64,000 nt of DNA from an archaeon (GTDB lineage Archaea; Iainarchaeota; Iainarchaeia; Iainarchaeales; JAAZKV01), in assembly GCA_041659525.1 (NCBI GenBank), contig JBAZYC010000001.1, positions 725,554 through 789,553 on the forward strand, given 5' to 3'. The notes under the pieces are model-generated. The model was given only the letters and a program-made list of their open reading frames with translations. It did not search any database and was not told the DNA's origin. Both the position numbers and the translations under genes were made by a program. Below, one piece after another: positions 28,401 through 36,998 of the stretch (position 1 is the stretch's first letter; each line of letters begins with the position of its first letter).

Positions 28401-31400
28401 GCAAATCAATACAAAGATGATGTTAAAGTAGCTATAGAAACTAGGGAAGAAATTGAAAAAATTGGTCCACTAGTTGATACTCTTGCAAGAAAAATTGCTG
28501 ATGAAGTTTCGCTTAGGGCTAAACTAGATAATTCTTTTTCTCGTTTTATTAGTATTGATCAAATAGATAACTATTTGAAGAAAAAAATAGTTCCTGATAG
28601 CAAGAACTTATCTTCAAGAAGCAAATATTTTATTGTTACTAATGAAGGAATATTACCAGAAGAATTTGAAAATTATTTAGCAAGAAAGAATTATTCATTA
28701 AAGAAAATTGATTTATCCAATATAACTACTATTAAGGGAAATCCTGCTTATCCTGGAGTGGTTAGGGGTATTGTAAAAATAATTAAGAATAAAGATTCTT
28801 TTGGAAAATTAAATGAAGGGGAAATTTTAGTTACTGGAATGACTACTCCTGATTTTTTACCAGTGATGAAGAAAACAGCTGGTTTCATCACTGATGAGGG
28901 CGGAATCACTTGTCATGCTGCAATAGTTGCTCGTGAACTAAAAAAGCCCTGCATAATAGGAACAAAAATAGCTACCGAAGTCCTAAAAGACGGTGATTTG
29001 GTAGAAGTTGATGCAAACAATGGAATTGTAAAAATCCTTGAGAGTTCAAAAGTAAAAGTTGAAAAGAGCAAAAGTGATTTGTCCCCAGGGCTTTGGAAAG
29101 ACTCTTTTCGTTGGAAATATGAGGCTTGGCCATTTTTCACATCTGTGTATTTGAAAGCTTCTTTGCCTGGGGAATCAAGTTATTATGTTCCGTGGCCAGA
29201 TTTTGTTAACAAGTTTGAAAATGGACATTTGGAAGCTTATTTGCCAAAAAAAGAAATTCTTTCTAAAGGTAAAGTTGAAATTGATGAATTAATTAGAGGG
29301 GATGATTATTTTGCAAAAGAATTTAGGTTACTTTTGAATAGAATACATAAAGCGATAAGTAATTGTGAAAAAGTAAGAAAGGACAAAAATTATTCTGAAC
29401 TAAATTTATGGTGGCCAGAGGTACAAAGCGTTCTTTCAGATGTTGCAGCACTATTATTTGGTTTTGATTATACTTTAAATGATTGGATGAAGGAGATGCA
29501 AACAAAAGATCCTGAATTGTTTAGTTCTATTTCATCTAGTATAAAAGAAATCAAACCATCTTTTATTAATGAAGCAATAAATGAAGTAGTTTCTTTAGTA
29601 AACAAATACCCTAATGACTTTGATAAAGTTCATTCTAAATTTATTGAAAACTTTTCATGGTTTCAGAATTCTTATGCTGGGGAGTTTGATATTACAAAAG
29701 AATGGCTCAGAAAATTTTATGAAGAGAATAAATCAAAAGTGAATCAAAATCATTCTAGCCCTAAAGCTTCTTCTCCAAAAAAATATAAATTACTATGTGA
29801 ACTTGCAAGTGAGGCAGTTTCGTTTAGAGATGACAAGAAAAAATTGCTTTTAATTGCAGTTGAGTTAATGAATGATTGGCTAAGAGAAAATTGCGAGAAA
29901 AATTCATTGAATTTTGATGAAATGAAATGGTTAAGCGTTGATGAAGTAGTTGAGGCAATTAGTGGAAACAAAAAAATTACTGCTTATGCAAAAAAATGCG
30001 CTTCTCAAAACAAAAGAATTGGTTTGATGGTTGAAAGGGGATATGAAGATGTTTCTGAAGATTTTTTTAACGAAATTGGCGAAGTTTTTTTGGGTTCGGG
30101 CAAGATAATTGAATTAAGAGGGATGACTGGGAATAAAGGAAAAATAGTTGGTAAAGCCAGAGTAATTCTTGATGCAAAAAAAGAGGAATATAAGCTTCAA
30201 ATGGGGGATATTTTAGTTACCTCCATGACTCGTCCAGAGTTTTTACCATTAATGAATAAAGCTGCGGCTTTTGTTACTGATGAAGGTGGAATAACTTGTC
30301 ACGCTGCGATTGTTGCAAGAGAAATGAACAAGCCTTGTATAATTAGTACCAAAACTGCCACTCAAATAATTAAAGATGGAGATTTGATTGAAGTTGATGC
30401 GAATACTGGGATTGTTAAAATCCTTGAGAGTTCAATTAAAAAAAAAAGTTTAACTGAGCCAATTGAATTAAGCAAGATTTATTCTCGAGAAAAAAGTCTT
30501 TTGTATTATAGAATGTGGAGTGATTCTGACAGAAAGGGGTATGAAAAATATTTGAATCACAAAGTAAAAAATAATTTGTTTATAATTTCTAAAAGTGGGG
30601 AAAAAGGGAGTGTTTGGTATAGTTTAGAAGAACTCAAAGAAATTGAAAAAAAGTTTTTAGAAATATATGAAGCTAATCCAAAAATTATTCAAGAAATCCT
30701 AAAAGATATAGCGGCCTCTTGGAAAGTTCTTCAAAAATACCTTTCTTCAGAAATATCTTCTCTAAATGATTTTAAAAAATATTATTCAAATTTAGTTGAT
30801 TTTTGGGCTGGTTGGAACACAATAATTAATGTTCCTGATTATTCTTGGGTTTTGGAAAAAGATAAGCAAAGGGTTTTGGATTCTAGAAAAGAAACAGAAA
30901 ATTACACCGAACAGCTTTCTTCTCTATTAACAAATTTTGTTGAAAAAGAGTTCCCTTCTCTAAAGGAACACTCTTTTTTTATTGATGTTGAAGAATTCCT
31001 TAACCCAAATCCGAATATAATGGAAAAGCTTCTAGAAAGAAAAAATGGTTGTTTTTTACTTAATGGCAAGCTTTATCCAAAAAATGAACTTGAAAATGTT
31101 TTGAATAAAAATAATTTGAAACTAGGGGTTGAATCAAATCCATCTTTGCAAGAAAGTTCAAAAGAAAAGTATTTTTTTGCAAGGGAAAGACCTTGGCTCT
31201 TTAATCCGGTTTATTGGAATCCGGTTGTTCAAACAAGTAAAGAAATAGAAGCAATTTATGGTACTTTTCTTTCAGTAGAATGGAATATTTACAAAGAAGG
31301 GCGAATGAGAGTAATAATTCCTCAAGAGGAGTGGGATAGAATTGGAGTATTTATTGCAAACAAAATGTTTTCTGATAAGCAATATTTTGATAATTTAGTA

Positions 31401-32576
31401 TCTAAAACTAAAAGTGCTAAAAAAGAAATTGATTCTTTTTTAATAAAATCTAAAAAACAGGATTATTCAAAATGTTCTTTAAAAGAGTTGAATTCTTTTG
31501 CTAAAGAGATTTATAGTTTGTTTATGAAGTATGATTCTGCAAGTGTATTTTCTTGGTTTATTGCAGGGGATTTGTTTAAAGAAAAAGTGCATAACAAATT
31601 AGGGTTAAGTTGGGAAGATTTTGAGATTGTTTCACTCCCTGAAGAAAAAACTTTTGTTTCAAAACTTGATGAAGATTTGCTAAAAGCATCTCTTTTGAAA
31701 AATCCCACTCTTCAAGCAGCAAATCTTTCAAATAAATACTATTGGGTGCCTTTTGGATATGATGGACCAAGTATTTGGGGCAAAGAGTACTTTTTGGAAA
31801 AAATAAATTCTATTAAAGATAATACAAAATTAGTAAAAAAAGAGTTAGAGAAAATAAAAGAGAATGATTTGAATAAGAAAAAAAAGATAAAAATTATATT
31901 AAACAAAATTTCAAAAGATAAACAAGCAATTGAGCTTTTGAAAAGAATGCATTATTTGACGCTTTGGACTGATGAGCGAAAAATGCTTGAGTTTCAGTTA
32001 TTTTATTATTATAATTTGGTTCTTGAGAGAATTGGTAAATTAACAGGGTTTTCAGTTATTCAACTCAAACATCTTACTGTTGAAGAACTTTTGTTGATTT
32101 CTCAAGAAAAAAATAGTTTAATTCAAAAAGCAAATGATAGAATCAATAATCCATTTCTTACTATTATAAAAAAAGGAAAAGTAGATTTTTGTACAAATGA
32201 AGAATATAATGAAATGTATGAGAAGATTGAGAATCAGCTTTCATCAACTGAACTAAAAGGGACAGTGGCTTGTAAAGGGCCAAAGGAAAAATATGTGGCA
32301 AAAGTAAAAGTGGCTTCTTCTCCAAAAGATGGTGAAAAGTTACTTGAAGGAGAATTTTTAGTAGCCTCAATGACTACTCCTGAATATATTGTTTCAATGA
32401 AAAAAGCTATTGGGTTTATTACTGATGAGGGTGGAGTAACTTGTCATGCTGCAATTGTTGCAAGAGAAATGAACAAACCTTGTGTTATTGGCACAAAAGT
32501 TGCTACTAAAGTTCTCAAAGATGGCGATTTGGTAGAGGTAGATGCAAATACAGGGATAATTAAGAAGATTTCTTAA
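25410..32576 (+). CDS. Giant (2388 aa) PEP-utilizing-enzyme family protein: N-terminal PPDK/PEP-synthase-type ATP-grasp nucleotide-binding domain plus four swivel phosphohistidine domains
   Basis: N-terminus GIAGGKGASLGEMTRAGIPVPNGFVV…VAVRSSATSEDF…CDIEWAFEGGKFFIVQSRPIT is the PEPS/PPDK/rifampin-phosphotransferase ATP-binding domain. There are four copies of …TDEGG[LIV]T[SC]HAAIV[SA]RE[LM][GNK][VK]PC[IV]IGTK…DGDL[IV]EVDAN[TN]G[IV]…, with His codons at 27812, 28914, 30300 and 32445. Unknown helical regions of about 300-450 aa precede each copy. It is a single uninterrupted ORF with an apparent TTG start. Confidence 0.8.
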   Translation: MELTKFFSNLSKESVGIAGGKGASLGEMTRAGIPVPNGFVVLSDSFEKFLEETDLNVEIDAILDSVNHNEMQSIENASEEIKALILNAKMPIDIEKEIKKDFKTLNAKFVAVRSSATSEDFSSAAWAGQLDSFLNTKEKDLLEKVKHCWASLFTPRAIFYRFEKGLHTTKISVAVVVQKMVNSEISGIAFSVHPVTQDRNQLIIEAGFGLGEAIVSGSITPDSYVVEKNPRRIIDKNISDQERGLFKVETGGNEWKSTKENGVKQKLSDKQIMELSEIILRIEKHYGFPCDIEWAFEGGKFFIVQSRPITTLLDKSNDNEMPSVVKTKKVSSKSKEDEIQKFVSLINSQPLDVKQAKCSVLAADIVFGVYSNKVVFNENYSPLIHPYKWPNLQQVILEGRMKGVERVIWTNAIKNKKKFTRVLSEGSALHKKIVRMSIPDSQLSKLSEPQLLKYFEELVELTKKWWVYAAIGEDKGLVVEEKLIPLLVKNHNLTPHEAQEYSSDMASPKGQSVFSKERTAFLELCLILSKNKALFNLIKKGESLPKNKFSLFSKKINDYSKKYFYSRTDFYGGQKINDFTLPKLVFDELNKTTLSKLKHEFIVFKTSEKELEKRQKAWSKRVSSITKEEKDYLWYSEVMHTWIDERKVCMVSQFYYLFSVLEELSLRRNISYDKLALLTISDLKKFIKDGTIDFDLIKKRGEGAVFVYEKNKPVVEFFEKDADLFNEAINRHSSSETVAGTIASKGNGEKIIVGRVKIVHDPFKDSFAEGEVLVTTMTRPEFVPIMKKAIAIVTDEGGLTSHAAIVSRELGVPCIIGTKNATKLLKDGDLIEVDANTGVVRLIDSTKIESLVKNNLVFEKSITRDWGMIYAEIWHKVFTSEFKKQLGWGYTEVVFEGKNNSVTIYRAPSEHLDGMRDFILANLDKDKDWLRNHAKIVKKMVNKAISWMNYLETKKLSNYSSKELAIIFDDFVKMNIELGPRFIMMLWFPIQMEKHNKANQYKDDVKVAIETREEIEKIGPLVDTLARKIADEVSLRAKLDNSFSRFISIDQIDNYLKKKIVPDSKNLSSRSKYFIVTNEGILPEEFENYLARKNYSLKKIDLSNITTIKGNPAYPGVVRGIVKIIKNKDSFGKLNEGEILVTGMTTPDFLPVMKKTAGFITDEGGITCHAAIVARELKKPCIIGTKIATEVLKDGDLVEVDANNGIVKILESSKVKVEKSKSDLSPGLWKDSFRWKYEAWPFFTSVYLKASLPGESSYYVPWPDFVNKFENGHLEAYLPKKEILSKGKVEIDELIRGDDYFAKEFRLLLNRIHKAISNCEKVRKDKNYSELNLWWPEVQSVLSDVAALLFGFDYTLNDWMKEMQTKDPELFSSISSSIKEIKPSFINEAINEVVSLVNKYPNDFDKVHSKFIENFSWFQNSYAGEFDITKEWLRKFYEENKSKVNQNHSSPKASSPKKYKLLCELASEAVSFRDDKKKLLLIAVELMNDWLRENCEKNSLNFDEMKWLSVDEVVEAISGNKKITAYAKKCASQNKRIGLMVERGYEDVSEDFFNEIGEVFLGSGKIIELRGMTGNKGKIVGKARVILDAKKEEYKLQMGDILVTSMTRPEFLPLMNKAAAFVTDEGGITCHAAIVAREMNKPCIISTKTATQIIKDGDLIEVDANTGIVKILESSIKKKSLTEPIELSKIYSREKSLLYYRMWSDSDRKGYEKYLNHKVKNNLFIISKSGEKGSVWYSLEELKEIEKKFLEIYEANPKIIQEILKDIAASWKVLQKYLSSEISSLNDFKKYYSNLVDFWAGWNTIINVPDYSWVLEKDKQRVLDSRKETENYTEQLSSLLTNFVEKEFPSLKEHSFFIDVEEFLNPNPNIMEKLLERKNGCFLLNGKLYPKNELENVLNKNNLKLGVESNPSLQESSKEKYFFARERPWLFNPVYWNPVVQTSKEIEAIYGTFLSVEWNIYKEGRMRVIIPQEEWDRIGVFIANKMFSDKQYFDNLVSKTKSAKKEIDSFLIKSKKQDYSKCSLKELNSFAKEIYSLFMKYDSASVFSWFIAGDLFKEKVHNKLGLSWEDFEIVSLPEEKTFVSKLDEDLLKASLLKNPTLQAANLSNKYYWVPFGYDGPSIWGKEYFLEKINSIKDNTKLVKKELEKIKENDLNKKKKIKIILNKISKDKQAIELLKRMHYLTLWTDERKMLEFQLFYYYNLVLERIGKLTGFSVIQLKHLTVEELLLISQEKNSLIQKANDRINNPFLTIIKKGKVDFCTNEEYNEMYEKIENQLSSTELKGTVACKGPKEKYVAKVKVASSPKDGEKLLEGEFLVASMTTPEYIVSMKKAIGFITDEGGVTCHAAIVAREMNKPCVIGTKVATKVLKDGDLVEVDANTGIIKKIS

Positions 32577-32639
32577 TTTCTCTAAAAATCAATCCTTAAA
32601 ACATCTTTTGTTGTTTTTATTGTGTGTTGAAGTGTTGTT

Positions 32640-34067
32640 ATGATTGTTCAAAATCTTCCTTTGAATCCTAAAGCTGAATTATTTAGGTGGGGTCCGATTC
32701 AGGTACATCCGTTTTATCTTGATCATATTGAAATGATGCATTCTGGAGAGTTTGAAAAAGTTTATCCGAATTATTCGTGGCCAGAATCGCTTTTGTTGTT
32801 TAAAGGAAACGATTTGCTTTGGTTAAATGAGTTTTCCGAGCTTTGGGCAGTTGGAAAAAGAACTTTTATTGATTTAATTTTTGAAAAAAAACAATTTTTA
32901 AAAGTAAGAAAGAGCTATGAATCTGCAAGAAAAAAAGTTGTTGTTTTTGAAAAAAAATTGGATAATACCAAGATTGAACTACTATCGGATAAAGAATTGG
33001 GTTTGCTTTCAGCAAATTTTAGTAAGGTTTGGAATTCTTTTTGGGTTCATGGTTTGATTCCTGAGCTTGCGAATTGCGGGGCGGACAAGTATCTTGAGGA
33101 AAAGCTAAAAGAAGTAGTTTCTGATTCTACTGAAAGATTGGCTGTAATGGAAGCACTTACTGCTCCTGAAGAGCTTTCTTTTTATCAACAAGAAGAAATT
33201 GAGCTTTTAGAGACAAAAAACCTAAAAAAACACAGGGATAAGTATTTTTGGATAAAAAATGGGTATGGGCATGTAGTTGACCTTGATGTTGAATTTTTTG
33301 TTGAAAGAAAAAAGGGTTTATCAAAAGGCCTAAAGAAACAAATAACTGCTAGATTGAATCAGGCAAAAGAAAAAAAGAAAGTTGTTCAAAAAAAGTATCA
33401 CTTATCAAAAGAAATAATGGAAATAGCTAGAAAAATTGTTTATTGTATTGTTTGGCAGGATGAAAGAAAAAAGAATATTGAACGTTTTTTACATTATAAA
33501 TATTTGTTGCTTGCTGAATGTTCAAGAAGAAAAGAAATTTCTAAAACTGATTTACTTACGCTTTTCTCTTTTGAACTTGAACAATTGCTTTTAGGAAAAT
33601 CTTTTGATGAAGAACTTAAAAAAAGAAAAAAAAGCTTTGCGTTGATTCTTGCTTCAAAAAGATTAGAGTTTATTTATCCTCCTCTTGCTGACGAGTATTG
33701 GGGTGTTTATTCTGAAAAAGTTGATGGACAAATAAAAGAAATAAAAGGGATAGTTGCAAGTACTGGAGAAAATCCTTTAATCAGTGGGCGAGTTAGAATT
33801 ATTCTTGATCCTCATAAAGTATCTGATTTTAAGGAAGGTTCAATTCTTGTTGCTCCAATGACTAGTCCAGATTATATTTATGTAATGAGAAAATCAATTG
33901 CAATTATAACTGATACAGGGGGATTGACTTCTCATGCTGCAATAGTTTCAAGAGAGCTTGGAGTACCTTGCATTGTTGGAACTAAAATTGCTACCCAAGT
34001 TTTCAAAGATGGAGACTTGGTAGAAGTTGATGCGAATAAAGGGATTATTAGAAAACTCAAGAATTGA
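32640..34067 (+). CDS. PEP-utilizing-enzyme swivel-domain protein (unknown N-terminal module + 1 phosphohistidine domain)
   Basis: 475 aa. C-terminal …TDTGGLTSHAAIVSRELGVPCIVGTK…DGDLVEVDANKGII (His codon 33933). The N-terminal module is similar to inter-swivel regions of the upstream giant gene. Confidence 0.7.
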   Translation: MIVQNLPLNPKAELFRWGPIQVHPFYLDHIEMMHSGEFEKVYPNYSWPESLLLFKGNDLLWLNEFSELWAVGKRTFIDLIFEKKQFLKVRKSYESARKKVVVFEKKLDNTKIELLSDKELGLLSANFSKVWNSFWVHGLIPELANCGADKYLEEKLKEVVSDSTERLAVMEALTAPEELSFYQQEEIELLETKNLKKHRDKYFWIKNGYGHVVDLDVEFFVERKKGLSKGLKKQITARLNQAKEKKKVVQKKYHLSKEIMEIARKIVYCIVWQDERKKNIERFLHYKYLLLAECSRRKEISKTDLLTLFSFELEQLLLGKSFDEELKKRKKSFALILASKRLEFIYPPLADEYWGVYSEKVDGQIKEIKGIVASTGENPLISGRVRIILDPHKVSDFKEGSILVAPMTSPDYIYVMRKSIAIITDTGGLTSHAAIVSRELGVPCIVGTKIATQVFKDGDLVEVDANKGIIRKLKN

Positions 34068-36991
34068 TTTTTATGAATTTTAAAGAATTGTTTGACTGGG
34101 TTTCTGCTTCTAAAAACGAATATGAATTAAGCAAATTTGATGGAGATATTTTCTTTTACACTGACATGGTTCTTTTTGATACTTTAAAGAAAAAGTACCA
34201 AATAGTTTTGCTTTACCCAAAAGATGATCCTTACAGGTATTGGTATTTTTCAAATCTCTCTGCTCTTGAAAGTAATTCAAAAAAGCTTTATAAAAAATAT
34301 TTGAAAAATCCAGCTAAACTTAAAAAAGAGTTTAATGCAAAAAAGAAAAAAGTTCTTTTAGCGAACAAGGTTCTTTTTAGTTCTAAACAAGTTGATTTGA
34401 AAAAGTACAAAAAGTTAGTTGTTTCAGTAAAAGGTTTTGCTAGTATTGTAATGAATACTCTTGAGGGGTTAGAGAAAATTCTTGGGAAAGAATTAGTTAA
34501 AGAATTTCCTGATGAAAAAATAAGAACTGTGTTGTCCACTTCTTTGTATACTTCCTACGCTCAATCTGAAGAGGAAGCCCTAATAAAAATAATTGAACAA
34601 TTGCCTAAAAATGAATTTGAGTTGTTAAAAACCGGGGAAAAGGATTTTAAAAAATATCCTGTTTTTAGTAAAAAGCTTAAAGTACACGAATCTAATTGGG
34701 GTTGGGCTTACTCGAATTATGCTTCTCATGAATTTGGTTTAACTAAAGAGATATTCCAAAAATCTTTATCAATAGTAAATAATATCGAATTTGACAAATT
34801 AAGATTTAGTGGGTTAGAAGTTAAACGAAGTGAAAAAAGAACCTTAATTAAAAAATTGAGTTCTAAAAAAAGAAAAATAGTTGAATTACTTGATTTGCTT
34901 TTCCAAATGCGTGATGAAAGAAAAGAAACTTGGATAAAAATTACCCCTCCTACAAAGCTTTTCTTAGGAAAATTTGCTGTAGAGCATGGTTTGACTTATA
35001 ATGATTTTAGATGGCTTACTTTTGAAGAACAAATAAGTTTCGAAAAAAATAAAGAAAAATATCTGTCTTTAATTAATGAAAGAAAAAACGGGTTGGTTGC
35101 TTTTTATGGATTTGGAAAAGAAAACAAGTTAATTTTCACAGGAAATGATTCTGAAAAGTTTGGGGAAATATTTTTTAAAAGAGAAAGTGTTTTGAAGTTA
35201 AAAGGAACTCCTGTTTCAGTTGGTAAAGCTACTGGAGAAGTTTGCATAATAATGAATAAATCTGATTTCCAAAAGTTCAAAGAGGGAAATATTTTAGTTT
35301 CTTCTCACACCACTCCTGATTATTTGCCTTTAATGAAGAAAGCTAGTGCGATTCTTGCTGAACGAGGGGGAATAACCTCTCACGCAGCAATTGTCTCAAG
35401 AGAACTACACATTCCTTGCATTGTTGGAATAAAAGGATTAGTTGGAAATTTCAAAGACGGCGATTTAGTAGAAGTGGATGCGAATAAAGGAATTGTAAAA
35501 ATAATAAAAAATAATGAAGAAATCAAACGCAATTCTAGAGAATTTGATTTTGAGGGTATTTCAAAAATGAAGTGGCGTTATATTCACAAAAGATTTAGGA
35601 CTCCTTTTTACATGTTCTTGCTTTTTGATGGTATTTCAAATCATTACAACAAGGAGTTTGATTTTCCTTATGAAATTGCAGGATTAGTGCTTGATTATGA
35701 ATTAATGCTGTCGCAGGAAGATTGGGACAAACAAAAAGTAATGGCTCTTGAAAAGATTAAACAAAATCCTTCTTTTTGTTTGGATTTTACAAAAAAAGCT
35801 TATTTGCAAAATGAAGAAAATCTAAAGTTAATTAAATCCATGGCCAAAATGGATTTAGCTTCTGTTTCAAATGCCTCTCTTGCCGATTTGCTTGTTAATT
35901 ATTCTAAAAAATCAATGAATATTTCTTCATTTATGGTTTTACCATTGCTTTTTGAACAAGACTTAGAAAAAAACATTCACGAAGCGGTTGAAAAAAAATA
36001 TGGGGCAAAAGCAACTGGAGTTATGCATACTTTAACGATTCCAATAAAGAAAACAACCACTCAGTTAGAAGAAAATAATATTCTAAAGCTTGCCTTATTA
36101 AAGAAAAAAAATAAATTAACTTTAACTCAAGTAGAAGAGCACCAAGCAAAATATGGGTGGCTAAAAAATACCTCTTTTGATGGTAGTTTTTATTCTATCC
36201 GAGAAATCCAAGATAAGATTGATATTGCGTCTAAAAGTAATCTTTTAGAGAAACTTAAACATAAAAAATTAGAAGAAGAAAAGCAAATTAAGTTGTTTAA
36301 AAAATACCGAAATTCATTCAAAGGATCAAAAATAGCAAATTCTATTGATACATTAAATGAACTTATCTTTTTTAGAAGTTGGAGAACAGAAATATTCTCT
36401 CAAAATGCTCAACTTTTAAAAGAATTTTTTGCACAAATCTCAAAAAGAATTGATTTGGATAATTCAACAAATTTGTTTTACTTAACTCATTTAGAAATAG
36501 CTAAACTTTTAACTGATGGGAAAAGTGCTCCCTCTAATTTGATAGAGGAAAGAAAAAAAGGTTATTTTATGTTTGCATCAAAGAAAAGTACTATTGTTGG
36601 AGAAGGAGAGTTGCTTGCGAATTTAAAGAAATGTATGAATATTCACTCTAATGAAGAGGTTAAAGATGAAATAAAAGGAAAATCAGCTTTTCCTGGATTG
36701 GTTACGGGAATTGTTTGTATCATAAATTCAAAAGCAGATTTTGCTAAAGTAAATTCAAAGAATCAAATAATTGTGGCATTCTCAACCACTCCCGATCAAG
36801 TTCCTATAATAAAAAAAGCTGCAGCAATTGTTACTGACGAAGGGGGGATTTTAAGTCACGCATCAGTAATATCAAGAGAATTAAAAATTCCTTGCATAAT
36901 TGGAACAAAGAACGCAACAAAAATCCTAAAAGACGGCGATTTGATAGAGGTTGATGCTAACAAAGGAATTATAAAGAAGAAAAGTAATTAG
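34064..36991 (+). CDS. PEP-utilizing-enzyme swivel-domain protein (2 modules)
   Basis: 975 aa. Swivel domains at about aa 375-480 (ERGGITSHAAIVSRELHIPCIVGIK, His 35381) and at the C-terminus (TDEGGILSHASVISRELKIPCIIGTK, His 36857; variant motif). The start overlaps the previous stop (ATGA). Confidence 0.7.
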   Translation: MIFMNFKELFDWVSASKNEYELSKFDGDIFFYTDMVLFDTLKKKYQIVLLYPKDDPYRYWYFSNLSALESNSKKLYKKYLKNPAKLKKEFNAKKKKVLLANKVLFSSKQVDLKKYKKLVVSVKGFASIVMNTLEGLEKILGKELVKEFPDEKIRTVLSTSLYTSYAQSEEEALIKIIEQLPKNEFELLKTGEKDFKKYPVFSKKLKVHESNWGWAYSNYASHEFGLTKEIFQKSLSIVNNIEFDKLRFSGLEVKRSEKRTLIKKLSSKKRKIVELLDLLFQMRDERKETWIKITPPTKLFLGKFAVEHGLTYNDFRWLTFEEQISFEKNKEKYLSLINERKNGLVAFYGFGKENKLIFTGNDSEKFGEIFFKRESVLKLKGTPVSVGKATGEVCIIMNKSDFQKFKEGNILVSSHTTPDYLPLMKKASAILAERGGITSHAAIVSRELHIPCIVGIKGLVGNFKDGDLVEVDANKGIVKIIKNNEEIKRNSREFDFEGISKMKWRYIHKRFRTPFYMFLLFDGISNHYNKEFDFPYEIAGLVLDYELMLSQEDWDKQKVMALEKIKQNPSFCLDFTKKAYLQNEENLKLIKSMAKMDLASVSNASLADLLVNYSKKSMNISSFMVLPLLFEQDLEKNIHEAVEKKYGAKATGVMHTLTIPIKKTTTQLEENNILKLALLKKKNKLTLTQVEEHQAKYGWLKNTSFDGSFYSIREIQDKIDIASKSNLLEKLKHKKLEEEKQIKLFKKYRNSFKGSKIANSIDTLNELIFFRSWRTEIFSQNAQLLKEFFAQISKRIDLDNSTNLFYLTHLEIAKLLTDGKSAPSNLIEERKKGYFMFASKKSTIVGEGELLANLKKCMNIHSNEEVKDEIKGKSAFPGLVTGIVCIINSKADFAKVNSKNQIIVAFSTTPDQVPIIKKAAAIVTDEGGILSHASVISRELKIPCIIGTKNATKILKDGDLIEVDANKGIIKKKSN

Positions 36992-36998
36992 CATTTAG